A stretch of DNA of 55,514 bases from a virus. Its lineage: Duplodnaviria; Caudoviricetes. Positions 17,002 to 26,145 of this stretch are shown here, piece by piece (position 1 is the stretch's first letter; every line of letters starts with the position of its first letter). The notes beneath the pieces were generated by a model, which worked only from the letters and a program-made list of their open reading frames with translations, was not told the origin of the DNA and made no database searches. Position numbers and translations under genes: made by a program. The stretch is taken from positions 1-55,514 of the IMG/VR virus record IMGVR_UViG_3300046724_000534; one strand, 5' to 3'.

Positions 17002-20000
17002 ATCGCTTGCACCGGAACACCGAACGGCCGCGGCTCTACGGCCCAGTCGATGCCATCCACCTCGACATGCACATTTCCGCTGATGTCGGCATCGAAGCGC
17101 AAGCCCGTAAGTCCGATCGCGGCGAACAGGTCGAAATCCCCGTTCCCCGGTATCGCGTAGCGCACCGCCGCCTGCGCCACGGCGGAAACGCGCGGCTGCA
17201 CCGTGATATTTCCGGCTGCGCCTTCGTTCGTTCCGCGTACGATGACCATGCGAGCCCAGAGACGTTGACTGGACGCCTGCGAAGCGACCGTAATTGTACG
17301 CAACGACCACGCCACTTTTACCTGTGATGTCCCGCCATTGGTATACCAGTCTTCGTCACCTGCCTGCCAACGCTGAATACAGCCATCGTTATATCCGCCG
17401 ATGATGGTCAACGGATTCGACGTGACCGGCTGTACCTGGGCCATACAGCTAATCGGGAAAGGCAGATCCACGTTGGCGGCCCAGCATTTCAGGATCAGAT
17501 CAAACAGGAACATGCGCGTCAGGTGCCCGCCACTGTTGCCGATCGGCGCGGCCATGGCATACATCGGTGGATTGGCGGTCTGTGCGGCCCAAGACAGTGG
17601 AATGTAGTTCGCATCGGCTACGGTAATGTCCGAAGCATCGAAATCGTTGATCGGAAACAGGTAGGGCCGGATTTGTTCTGAAATCACTTCATCCCTGTAC
17701 CCGTTGAACGTGGCAATTCCCAAATGGCAGTAACGCACAAGTCCATATCCCGGCACGAAGATAATGGAGCGCGGCGCGAGGCATCCCATATCCGACGATA
17801 CTGGCTGAATGCCGAAATTGTTCGCGCCGAACACGCCGATAATCTGGTACGGCACGCGATACTTGAAGCAGATGAGAGACCCTTCCGGCGGAATCCCCTG
17901 CGCCGTGATGGTGAATTTCCCCATGCCCATGCCTTCGGCGCCGTCATCCTTGTCGAGAAACGCCTGATTGACCGGATTCCAGCCAAACGGGTTATTGGTG
18001 TTCGACATCCGTAATGACGTGGGGCCATCGAGACCTGTCGATGTGTTCGTGGGGGAAGTATTGAACGCCCACAACGACCCTGCGTAGATCTCGATATGCC
18101 CCGCGCCAGGTGGAGGGGGCGCTGCGGAGTTCAAGAGTCCTGCTACTTTCCAGATGGCCGTGCCATCCGGCTTCTGATTCTCGATAATTGTGGGCCAAGT
18201 TGGTTCGGCGCCGCCCGTTACGCCAGGTTGCACGCAACTAAGGTAAATGTTCGGTGTTGGTTGCGTGACTGGAACGATGATGTCGCCCGCGGCGTAAGCG
18301 CTGTTCGCTTCCCATGTCGGATAGGCCGGAACGAAATTCGAGATGATCGGCGTTGTCGAATCGGTGAAGGTTGCGGTCGTCGCGCCGCCTGAGGCCGTCG
18401 AATTGCGCACCGTGAACGTCCCGCCCGCGCCAGGCGTCACCGCGATCACCACAAATGTGCCGTTATAGGTCGCGTCACTGGCATTCGAGATGATGACGTT
18501 CGTTCCCACGGGCATGAATCCGTTAGCCGTTGGATCGGTGGTGCTGAGAGTAATAGTTCCGGCCACGGTAAAAGTAACTTGGTCGCCAACCACGGCAACC
18601 CCGGTAATTGCACCTGTGGGCGCAGGATTCACGGCGCTGCCGCTTGAATCCCAATAAATCTGCATCGAAAAGCCATTGCCGAGCGCGATAATCACGCGAT
18701 TGGTGAATTGCTTGAACTGCGGCAATGGTCCGACTAGCCCGGCAATCCCGCCAGAAGGTGTAGAACTCGTCGCATTGCTCAAGGTTCCCGGTCCCGTCGT
18801 ACCGCCACCGCCGGATCCGCCGCTCGGTGGAACGCCGAGACTCGATTCTGCGGCCGGATAGTAAGCCACCACATCGGCAAACGAGTAAGGAATTGGCAGA
18901 GCGCCGCTGTTCGGCATCTTGAACAGCACCGTCTGTGAAGTCGTGTCCATGGTCGGCGGATTAGAAGTCGATGAGGTGTTCGACAGAACTAGCGTGCCGC
19001 CTGTGCCCGTGGTGTAATAAATCGTGATGCGCGCAAGACTGACGTTTGGAAATAATGTACTTACCGTATCGTCTTCCCCGGTAACAGCAATCACTCCGCC
19101 AAAATTCACAACGCCATTAAAGTCAGCCGCAGTCCAGGTTGTTCCCCAAAGATCGGTTGGTCCACCATAGATTGAAACTCCCGAAGGAACCCAACCGTCA
19201 GGACTGGAATGGTCGCTACCGACAATGACCCCATTTCTTAGAAGGAAAACTCCCAAGTCGAATACTTCGTCCGCAAAGGTCGAACTTATGGACTTGGTAA
19301 TCTCTACCTTTATTCCCAAGATGGTCGCGCCGCCAGGAATCCCGGCAAAACCAAAATTGGTAAATGCCAGATATTTACTGTTTGGATTGGCATTAGGCAA
19401 AGCTACGCTTGCGGGAGTCCCTACTCCCGTGACGCCACTCGTATCGCTCCAAGCGTTCGTTCCAGGGCCAGTCATGTTTGCGCCGGTTCCGGCTGTATTC
19501 GGACCAATAGAAACGGCTGCGCTTCCTGCCGAACCCGAACCAGGCCCGCCCTTGACAATGACCGACTTGGACGAAGGAACGCTGAACACGGTCCAACTAC
19601 CATTGAACGTCGTCGGATCAAAGGCCGAAGACGTTATCGGCAGGCCAATAATGGATCCGGAGGGAAGCGTATCCGCCGCCGATAGCGTGAACTGGATGTA
19701 AGCCTGGCCACCGTTCGTGAATCCGGTAGCCGTGACATTATTGAACGTGAGCGTCGTAAAAGACGAGATTCCGGTATCGGGGAACGTCACCGTGGCAGTC
19801 AAGGGATTCGGCTGCAAGACCGGAAGCGTCGAGGCTACCAGTCTTACTTCTGTTCCCGCCGAGGTCGATCGGTAGACGTTGTATCCGAAGGCGGTGGGAA
19901 CCGTGTTCCAAGTCAACTGAATGGAAAGATTCGCGCCCGCAGCCGTCTCGCTCAATTCATTCGACGCCACTGTTTCGCCGCCAACGCCATCAATCGCCGT

Positions 20001-20351
20001 GATCACGTAATAGTATTTCGTTCCGTTGGTCAGGCTTCCACCGGCAATCGCCGTGGCAGTCTTCAATAGCGGCGCACCTATGGGTTGCGGCGCTTCTTGC
20101 AGCGCCAGGTAATACGGCGTTACGCCCGTCGGTTCGTACAGGAACGTGCTCAGAAACCGGCCCTGATTGCCGAGAACGATTCCGCCCAGCGCATTAATGA
20201 TGCCCGATCCATCGCAGGGTGTCAGCGCGCCCCGCTCCATCATCACGAGATTCGAGCCGCGCGGAAACGAGCCTTTCGGCTGCGCGAGAGGCTGATTCGA
20301 CGCGACGAGCCCCTTCAGAAAAGGCCCGGAAGGCTGAGGAGTGTACGCCAT
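16998..20351 (-). CDS. Tail nozzle / DNA-stabilisation protein with inserted accessory domains
   Basis: FLKGL N-terminus; propeller-type C-terminal half (SDMGCLAPRSI...ISEQIRPY); inserted FN3-like, jelly-roll and CBM-like segments. Confidence 0.7.
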   Translation of the reverse strand: MAYTPQPSGPFLKGLVASNQPLAQPKGSFPRGSNLVMMERGALTPCDGSGIINALGGIVLGNQGRFLSTFLYEPTGVTPYYLALQEAPQPIGAPLLKTATAIAGGSLTNGTKYYYVITAIDGVGGETVASNELSETAAGANLSIQLTWNTVPTAFGYNVYRSTSAGTEVRLVASTLPVLQPNPLTATVTFPDTGISSFTTLTFNNVTATGFTNGGQAYIQFTLSAADTLPSGSIIGLPITSSAFDPTTFNGSWTVFSVPSSKSVIVKGGPGSGSAGSAAVSIGPNTAGTGANMTGPGTNAWSDTSGVTGVGTPASVALPNANPNSKYLAFTNFGFAGIPGGATILGIKVEITKSISSTFADEVFDLGVFLLRNGVIVGSDHSSPDGWVPSGVSIYGGPTDLWGTTWTAADFNGVVNFGGVIAVTGEDDTVSTLFPNVSLARITIYYTTGTGGTLVLSNTSSTSNPPTMDTTSQTVLFKMPNSGALPIPYSFADVVAYYPAAESSLGVPPSGGSGGGGTTGPGTLSNATSSTPSGGIAGLVGPLPQFKQFTNRVIIALGNGFSMQIYWDSSGSAVNPAPTGAITGVAVVGDQVTFTVAGTITLSTTDPTANGFMPVGTNVIISNASDATYNGTFVVIAVTPGAGGTFTVRNSTASGGATTATFTDSTTPIISNFVPAYPTWEANSAYAAGDIIVPVTQPTPNIYLSCVQPGVTGGAEPTWPTIIENQKPDGTAIWKVAGLLNSAAPPPPGAGHIEIYAGSLWAFNTSPTNTSTGLDGPTSLRMSNTNNPFGWNPVNQAFLDKDDGAEGMGMGKFTITAQGIPPEGSLICFKYRVPYQIIGVFGANNFGIQPVSSDMGCLAPRSIIFVPGYGLVRYCHLGIATFNGYRDEVISEQIRPYLFPINDFDASDITVADANYIPLSWAAQTANPPMYAMAAPIGNSGGHLTRMFLFDLILKCWAANVDLPFPISCMAQVQPVTSNPLTIIGGYNDGCIQRWQAGDEDWYTNGGTSQVKVAWSLRTITVASQASSQRLWARMVIVRGTNEGAAGNITVQPRVSAVAQAAVRYAIPGNGDFDLFAAIGLTGLRFDADISGNVHVEVDGIDWAVEPRPFGVPVQAI

Positions 20352-21613
20352 TAGTTAATTAAAATCCCTCCTGCGATGTCGGGGAAGTAGACGCCCGGCC
20401 CGCTGGGTCCGCCCACTTGCCGCCGACGCACCACGCCGCGGTTGGTCTGCGCCCAGCTATGGACCTGCTTTTCCATGTCCTGATTGAATGCCGCCATAGA
20501 TTGAAGATCATGTTCAACAATCTTGGCGCGCCCGGCCATGTATTGAATAATCAGTTGGTCCCATCCCGAAGTAACGGGCAGAGTGGCGGTCGATTGCCCG
20601 GGTGAATACTTCTGCGAGGATTGCCGCTTACCCATCCAGGCGATGTTGCACTCGATCACCGGTTCTTCAGCCGTATGCGCGATGGCGCTCGTCCCGCCAA
20701 GCCCTCGAATCAAGCCGGTAAGCTGGTTTCCGTTGATGGTCGCGTAGGCCACAATCTCGGAGCCAATCGAGCAGAACCCAAACGGCAGCACGAAGCTGCA
20801 AAGCGCGAGGCTTGCCGTCGTAGAAGTGGCCGTCATGGGTGCCGCAAGAGAAGTGGTCTGCGACGTGCGCGCCGGTTGCGGGTAGACTTCCAGAATCGTG
20901 CGTCCCGCGTTGTGCGAGATGTGCGCGCTCGATAGCACTTGGCTGGTGATCGAGTTCCGACGCCAGAAGTAGCCTGGGTCGCCGCCCTGCATCCAGTAAC
21001 CGTCATACCAGATGGAAGTGATCGAGTTCCAGGTGGCCGGAATCTGATACAAAGGCTGATTGACGGTCGATCCAATGGCCGAATAGTCCTGAAAGCCGCC
21101 TGTGCCGCGCGCGATGATCTCTAGAGCAGCATTCAGCCAGCGGTAAATTGCCGCAGCCCCGATAAACCCGCCATCCGAGTCAGGAAGCCATGCGGTGTTC
21201 CGTGTCGGTGGAGCTTGCCCCACTTCTCCGGTCAAAGTGGTCAGATTGACGGTTCCGGTATTGTCTACCAAGGTTTGATAGACGAATTGCTGTCCGGTAA
21301 AGAATCCGACGTAGACCCGGAGAGACTGGTAATCCGGAAACCCGGAATAAACGATCTGAATGGCGTTCTGGACGCCGGTCAGCGTAACGCTCATCTCATT
21401 CGACGGTGCCGTTTCGCCCCATTGGTTGACTTCGGTAATGACAATCCAATAGGTTTGCAGGGCAATCGTGCCGCCGCCCACCGTCACACCCGTTAAACTG
21501 GTGATTGACGGAGGAGTGAGCGTTTGTGGCATATCGGGCACAGTTTCGCGTGCCTGAACGATCACATCGCCGATCATGGACCCGGTAAACAGCGCAATAG
21601 GTGTTGTGGCCAT
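20351..21613 (-). CDS. Head-to-tail adaptor protein with insertions
   Basis: IGDVIVQAR....D, IYRWLNAAL, LEVYPQP, LP...WDQLIIQY pattern of podovirus adaptors; FN3-like insertion. Confidence 0.65.
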   Translation of the reverse strand: MATTPIALFTGSMIGDVIVQARETVPDMPQTLTPPSITSLTGVTVGGGTIALQTYWIVITEVNQWGETAPSNEMSVTLTGVQNAIQIVYSGFPDYQSLRVYVGFFTGQQFVYQTLVDNTGTVNLTTLTGEVGQAPPTRNTAWLPDSDGGFIGAAAIYRWLNAALEIIARGTGGFQDYSAIGSTVNQPLYQIPATWNSITSIWYDGYWMQGGDPGYFWRRNSITSQVLSSAHISHNAGRTILEVYPQPARTSQTTSLAAPMTATSTTASLALCSFVLPFGFCSIGSEIVAYATINGNQLTGLIRGLGGTSAIAHTAEEPVIECNIAWMGKRQSSQKYSPGQSTATLPVTSGWDQLIIQYMAGRAKIVEHDLQSMAAFNQDMEKQVHSWAQTNRGVVRRRQVGGPSGPGVYFPDIAGGILIN

Positions 21614-21808
21614 CTATCGCCTCGAACCTCGTTTCAGAAGTCTCTTAAATTCCCGCTTGTGCTGCTTTTCTTCGGAGCGAACATGCTTGAACTTAGACGC
21701 GACCCTGGGTTCGTCCTCGGCCTTGGCCGTATTCGCCGACCGCGCGTAGTCCTTGACCGCCTTACCTTCGTCGCTTACCGCTTTGCGCAAGTTTTTCGTG
21801 GTAGCCAT
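21614..21808 (-). CDS. Small basic protein with ferritin/rubrerythrin-like half motif
   Basis: DEGKAVKDY...EEKQHKREF; ends KRGSRR. Confidence 0.6.
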   Translation of the reverse strand: MATTKNLRKAVSDEGKAVKDYARSANTAKAEDEPRVASKFKHVRSEEKQHKREFKRLLKRGSRR

Positions 21809-22032
21809 TATCTTCGCGCGCTCCGTTTCGGTGTCTTCCGATACGCGCCCGCTTCTTTCGCGTTTCGGCGGGCTAGATTCTCGGTCTGTTCCCGCAGCAT
21901 ATCTCCCGGCCCTCGAAACTCCATGTACGGATCACGCACAGCCGCGGCGACTACAGGTTTGGCAGGGCCGGATTCGACCAGGTTCCGGAATCGCGTCTTG
22001 TCGTCGGCTTTCTTGTAGAGGTCATTCGGCAT
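21808..22032 (-). CDS. Small basic protein
   Basis: TAATG coupling; ends ARRNAKEAGAYRKTPKRSARR. Confidence 0.7.
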   Translation of the reverse strand: MPNDLYKKADDKTRFRNLVESGPAKPVVAAAVRDPYMEFRGPGDMLREQTENLARRNAKEAGAYRKTPKRSARR

Positions 22033-22274
22033 TAACGCCTCCCGCTCCTCTTGGCGGTCTTGCGGTATGCACCAGCGCGAGCCGCATTTTTACGCGCGGT
22101 ATCTTCGGCATCCCGAACAGGCAATCTCACAAATTCTTTTTGCCAAGAAGCGTGAGCGTCTCTATCAACATCGCCTCGCTCGCTTGGAGGAGTTCCGGCA
22201 TCGTCGTTCCCATACCGAATTTGGGTCGCTGCATTGCGACGATTTTCCTTAACCACATCCCGCTCTTGCGGCAT
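22032..22274 (-). CDS. Small basic protein (C-terminus paralogous to downstream neighbour)
   Basis: AGGGG SD; ends ARKNAARAGAYRKTAKRSGRR. Confidence 0.7.
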   Translation of the reverse strand: MPQERDVVKENRRNAATQIRYGNDDAGTPPSERGDVDRDAHASWQKEFVRLPVRDAEDTARKNAARAGAYRKTAKRSGRR

Positions 22275-22288
22275 TTTCACCCCCTAAA

Positions 22289-22342
22289 CTGGTACGAGCC
22301 GAAACCGGGCGATTTGCCCAGCCCCGGCTCGTTGCCGACCAG
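22289..22342 (-). terminator. Long G.U-containing RNA hairpin after the capsid genes (terminator/attenuator/stabiliser)
   Basis: ACGAGCCGGGGCUGGGC-AAAUC-GCCCGGUUUCGGCUCGU 17-bp stem plus outer CUGGU/ACCAG, followed by UUU. Confidence 0.6.
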
Positions 22343-22362
22343 TGGAGAAATTGTTTCGCGGT

Positions 22363-22869
22363 CTAAATGAGACCGAACAGTTCCACGTCCATCGTGCAGC
22401 CCGGCCCTGTGCCGGTGAGCGTGACCACGATCTTGACGCACTGCATTCCGCCGTTGCCGGTCACCGCGCTCGCGCCGCCGATCAGATAGCCAACCGCGCC
22501 GCCGCTGGTGGTCGATGGTGCCGTGTCCGGCAGGAGCGTGGCGTTCACGTCGAGCCAACTGGTCGAAGAGAGCGTTACGGCGGTCGAGAAGTTCCAGTCC
22601 GCAATCACCACGGAGTTCGTTCCATCATAGCCGAATACCTGAATCTTCGAGACCGCCGGTGACGTACCGGTGCCGTTGTACACCTTAATGCGGATCTTGC
22701 CGACGGTGATGGTCGGCACGATCAGCCCGGCCACCGTGTTCAGGGTGGTTCCCGGAACGAAATACGAGGTTCCCGAGGTGACCGCGATTCCGGTCGCTAC
22801 CTGGTTCGTGGTGCGCGTGGATACGCCATACCCAGGGAATGTACGCTCCAACCCAACATTGATCGCCAT
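22363..22869 (-). CDS. Capsid decoration/cement-like structural protein
   Basis: AAGGAG SD; Thr/Gly/Val-rich beta protein just downstream of MCP, with the same high-GC3 codon use. Confidence 0.55.
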   Translation of the reverse strand: MAINVGLERTFPGYGVSTRTTNQVATGIAVTSGTSYFVPGTTLNTVAGLIVPTITVGKIRIKVYNGTGTSPAVSKIQVFGYDGTNSVVIADWNFSTAVTLSSTSWLDVNATLLPDTAPSTTSGGAVGYLIGGASAVTGNGGMQCVKIVVTLTGTGPGCTMDVELFGLI

Positions 22870-22880
22870 TGAAAGGCTCC

Positions 22881-23369
22881 TTAGTTTACCGACTCGTTGC
22901 TTTTCATTTTTTCGTCAACGAAGTCCAAGGTCCTGAGTTTCTGCATCTGCTCAAAAAGATTATTGCGCTGAGTTCTTATTTCTTCGGGAACGTATTTCCC
23001 TTTGGTGTACACGTTCTTGGTCTTGCTCATCGTTTCGATGTAGGCCAAACCAATTTCAATTTGCTCTCGCTTGATGACACTATACGGAGCGATTCCTTGC
23101 AATATCTCTTTTGTCTTTTTTCCGTACACCGACCAAGTGTAAAGCGATTTCCGTCCACGGTATTGTTTTGCGTAAGTCATCTGAACGCTACCGCCAAACC
23201 TTTGCTGGCACCAATTCGGCAAACGTACATCCGTATTCGCAACACGTACAGAGATGTCGAATGTATGCCAAGCCCACTTGCCTTCTTTGCGAGACTTCCG
23301 CGTAAGGCTGATGTAGCCCTCTCCGTCTACATACGCTGCGAGTTGTGCCCACTCAATTTGCGTAATCAT
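22881..23369 (-). mobile_element. Free-standing single-motif LAGLIDADG homing endonuclease gene
   Basis: WAQLAAYVDGEGYI; V.NTD...W....FGGSV; IAPYSVIKREQ; AT-richer than flanks. Confidence 0.85.
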
Positions 23370-23381
23370 CTCGTAAGCATA

Positions 23382-24386
23382 TCACGACAAAGTAGTTAGC
23401 GCGACCTGGGCGAGAGGCCGGTTACATCCTAATTGAGCTATCAAATGTATTCTTGCCGTAATCACGTCCTGGTTCGACGGCATGATCCACGGAGTCATCC
23501 GGAAATAGCTTCCCAGGTTGTAGATCATCCAGATGTACTTCGTGTTCAGCAGGTAACCGGTTCCTGCCGGAAAGTGTTGATCGGCAAGGACTACGGCGTT
23601 CTTGAACCGCATGTGATACCGGAAGGAAGTCTGGATCGGGGCCGTATCCGCGAAGTTGTCCGTCGCGCGGATAATCGTGGTCGAGGCCGAGGCATTCGAG
23701 TTCTGCGTGAACTGCCCTTCGAAGTTCGCAAAGTCGGTGTTGTTCAGAATCAGGAGGTTCGGTTCGTCGTACCCGTAAGTCGTCAGGAAGTACGCCGGAA
23801 GCAGCTTGATCGGCGTCAAGTGTCCGCCGATGGCCTGGTTCGCAGCCGGCTGCCAGAAGGTGTTCGCCGCGCGGTTGATGCCGGCAATCGTGTTGGTGGT
23901 TTGCAGCACCCAGGCATTGATCGAGTCGAGGTCGATCGAGGAGTTGAATGGCGCGTTACCCGCCACCGCTTCGGCCAGCATGTCCAGCATGGAGCCCGCG
24001 GCTGCCTGCACGTAGGTCTTCACGAGGTCGAGACCTACCGGGCCGCCGCGCCCAATCACGATGTCCATGACCGGCAGCGTCACGGCCTGGAAATAGCCGC
24101 GCCACACCTGATCAGCAGGCTGAATGGCGTCGATCGCCGAAGTCGGCAAAAGCTGATCGCCCCAATACGCGCCGCGCGTGGTGATCTTGGTGGTCAGCAA
24201 CGGATACACGATTTCGGCGCCCGCATTGTATTTCTTGGCGTACTGGTTCAGGAAGGAAAAGGTCGGCGAAGGCTGGAACACCAGGTCCGCCACCTTCGGG
24301 TAGATCATTTTCTGCGAGATCGACTGGAGCGTGTTGACAAGGGTCGCGCTCGGCTGGTTAATTCCAGTTCCAGTAATGAAGGCCAT
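23382..24386 (-). CDS. Major capsid protein
   Basis: 334 aa, AAGGAG SD, very high GC3, follows scaffold; V.D.VF..SP, YLLNTKYI, QLGCNRP motifs typical of HK97-fold capsid proteins. Confidence 0.8.
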   Translation of the reverse strand: MAFITGTGINQPSATLVNTLQSISQKMIYPKVADLVFQPSPTFSFLNQYAKKYNAGAEIVYPLLTTKITTRGAYWGDQLLPTSAIDAIQPADQVWRGYFQAVTLPVMDIVIGRGGPVGLDLVKTYVQAAAGSMLDMLAEAVAGNAPFNSSIDLDSINAWVLQTTNTIAGINRAANTFWQPAANQAIGGHLTPIKLLPAYFLTTYGYDEPNLLILNNTDFANFEGQFTQNSNASASTTIIRATDNFADTAPIQTSFRYHMRFKNAVVLADQHFPAGTGYLLNTKYIWMIYNLGSYFRMTPWIMPSNQDVITARIHLIAQLGCNRPLAQVALTTLS

Positions 24387-24418
24387 GTTTTTATGGCTCC
24401 TTTTTCATGTGAGAAAAG

Positions 24419-25237
24419 CTATTGAGTCATGCCCGGCCCAAGCTGCTCGATCAGTTGCCGCAGTTCCGGGTCTTTCAAAGATTCGGCGTACATATCGCCC
24501 AGCACATCCGAGTCGGCATTGATCTTCCTTGCCGGTCCCGCCGGTCCCTGGCCGATGCCGGAGACTCCTGGCGGTGTGACGCGCGCGGCCATCGCTTCCA
24601 TGCGCCCTTCTTCGCGTCCACGTTCCAGCGCTTCCTTGCGCAATTCCTCGAGACGATCGGTTTCCGACATCTTGTTCCAGGCTTCCGAGATCGACGGCAT
24701 CCCGTGCCGGTCCATGAGTTTCTGTTCCTGAGCGTACTTCAGGATTTCGTCGCGGGTCGGCTTCTTCTCGCGCTTGCCGAAGTTAAGCGAACTGTACTCA
24801 CGGTCCCAACGGTCCTGAGCCCATATGCTTGCAGCCTGGGTGAGCGTAGCCTGGAGGTTCTTGGCCGTCGCTCTCAGTTCCTCAATTTCCTTGTCGCGCT
24901 TGGAGAGTGCTTCCTTCACCGGAGACAGCCACGGATCGGCGAACGGGTCAGTGCCGGCGGGCGGCGGTTGTGAACTGACTTTGGCGCGGGCTTCTTCGGC
25001 GGCCTGATACGCCTGTTGCGCCTTTTGCGCGAGATCCACGATCGACTGTTGCCGGGTATTGAGTTCCGCTTCCTTTGTTTCTACACCCTTGAGGCGTTCG
25101 GACAGTGTAGTGCGTTCCGAGGCATTCAACTGCCGCAGCGAACCCAGCGGAATTTCCTGTTCGCCGATACGGATAGGCGTGTTATCCGGGTATTCGGTGG
25201 CCGATTCGAGAAACTTCTTGATCTGGTCTACGCTCAT
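24419..25237 (-). CDS. Scaffolding protein
   Basis: GGAGG SD before ATG 25237; acidic coiled-coil protein directly upstream of MCP; IRIGEQEIPLGSLRQ scaffold-like motif. Confidence 0.7.
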   Translation of the reverse strand: MSVDQIKKFLESATEYPDNTPIRIGEQEIPLGSLRQLNASERTTLSERLKGVETKEAELNTRQQSIVDLAQKAQQAYQAAEEARAKVSSQPPPAGTDPFADPWLSPVKEALSKRDKEIEELRATAKNLQATLTQAASIWAQDRWDREYSSLNFGKREKKPTRDEILKYAQEQKLMDRHGMPSISEAWNKMSETDRLEELRKEALERGREEGRMEAMAARVTPPGVSGIGQGPAGPARKINADSDVLGDMYAESLKDPELRQLIEQLGPGMTQ

Positions 25238-25239
25238 GG

Positions 25240-25476
25240 CTACCTCCACCCTGATGCGCCACAGGAGTTGCAAAAATTGACGCCAGCGACGATGACCGTG
25301 CTCAGACTCTTGCACTTCGGGCAGAGGCCGGCGGTCGGAGTTGAACCCGATACCGGAGGCGTGAACGATGTTCCCTGACGGAGCTCTCCGAGCGTGGTTT
25401 TCTTGCCTTCGAACGTGACAACCGTGCTGTCCGGAAAGGACCGCGTATCTCGCAGATATTGGTCTTTGCTGCTCAT
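25240..25476 (-). CDS. Scaffold-N-terminus-like domain fused to a C4 zinc ribbon
   Basis: AAGGAG SD; YLRDTRSFPDSTVVTFEGKKTTLGELRQ and CPKCKSLSTVIVAGVNFCNSCG. Confidence 0.7.
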   Translation of the reverse strand: MSSKDQYLRDTRSFPDSTVVTFEGKKTTLGELRQGTSFTPPVSGSTPTAGLCPKCKSLSTVIVAGVNFCNSCGASGWR

Positions 25477-25488
25477 ATTCGTTCTCCT

Positions 25489-25920
25489 TTACATGCTTTG
25501 CGGGGCTTCATTCCCGGTCGGCGGTTGCCCCTGCTGTACGGCACTGAAACTGATCGGCTGTGATCCCTGGTTCTCCGAGTTCTTTACCACTTCCCCGACA
25601 TTGCTGGCCTGCTGTCCCTCTTTAATCGCTTTCGTCAGCGCCTTCATCGTGGTGCTAATCTGATTCGCTACGTTCGGCAATGTTTGAAAGGTCTTGACGA
25701 ATAGGACTCCGAGCACTTGATTGACCTGTTCGAGTTGCCGCAGAATCATCGAAGGGTCGGCACCTTGCAGTGCTGCCGACTGTTCGGAGTATTCCTGGCC
25801 GGGATTCGTAGAAGCCCGATTGGACAGAGCGCCTAAAATCGTCCCGAGCATTCCCCCTGGGCCTGGCGGAGCACCGCCACCCTGCCCTTGTCCTTGCAAC
25901 GGATTTGCCGGAGTTGCCAA
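25489..25920 (-). CDS. Hypothetical head-module protein (Gln/Gly/Pro-rich)
   Basis: AAGGAG SD; 143 aa between portal and scaffold. Confidence 0.65.
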   Translation of the reverse strand: MATPANPLQGQGQGGGAPPGPGGMLGTILGALSNRASTNPGQEYSEQSAALQGADPSMILRQLEQVNQVLGVLFVKTFQTLPNVANQISTTMKALTKAIKEGQQASNVGEVVKNSENQGSQPISFSAVQQGQPPTGNEAPQSM

Positions 25921-25926
25921 TCGTCG

Positions 25927-26112
25927 TTACTCCTTGCTCGATGGGCCGATATTTTTGGCCTTAGCTTCTGAAGGCAAGACCCCCATAGGGTCATTGAATT
26001 TGTCGTTCGCTTTTTCAGCGACACCGCCGTAATTGATATCGCCTTCCGCAGCGCCCTTAGGCGGTTGGGTCTCGAGCGGTGTATCAAAATTTGTCCAGTG
26101 ATCTTTTCCCAT
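25927..26112 (-). CDS. Small hypothetical protein
   Basis: AAAGGA SD; 61 aa. Confidence 0.6.
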   Translation of the reverse strand: MGKDHWTNFDTPLETQPPKGAAEGDINYGGVAEKANDKFNDPMGVLPSEAKAKNIGPSSKE

Positions 26113-26145
26113 ATAGTTTGGCGTCCTTTGTATTAGAATCGCTCT

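Noticed and set aside
22870-23400. Group I intron or intein carrying the LAGLIDADG ORF in the capsid gene
   Set aside because: The capsid ORF ends with a normal stop, the next gene has its own SD and ATG, and the 11-12 nt gaps leave no room for a ribozyme core.
23433-24425. 330-aa + strand ORF opposite the capsid gene (likewise 31017-32033 opposite terminase)
   Set aside because: Antisense shadows caused by high GC3 in the real genes.
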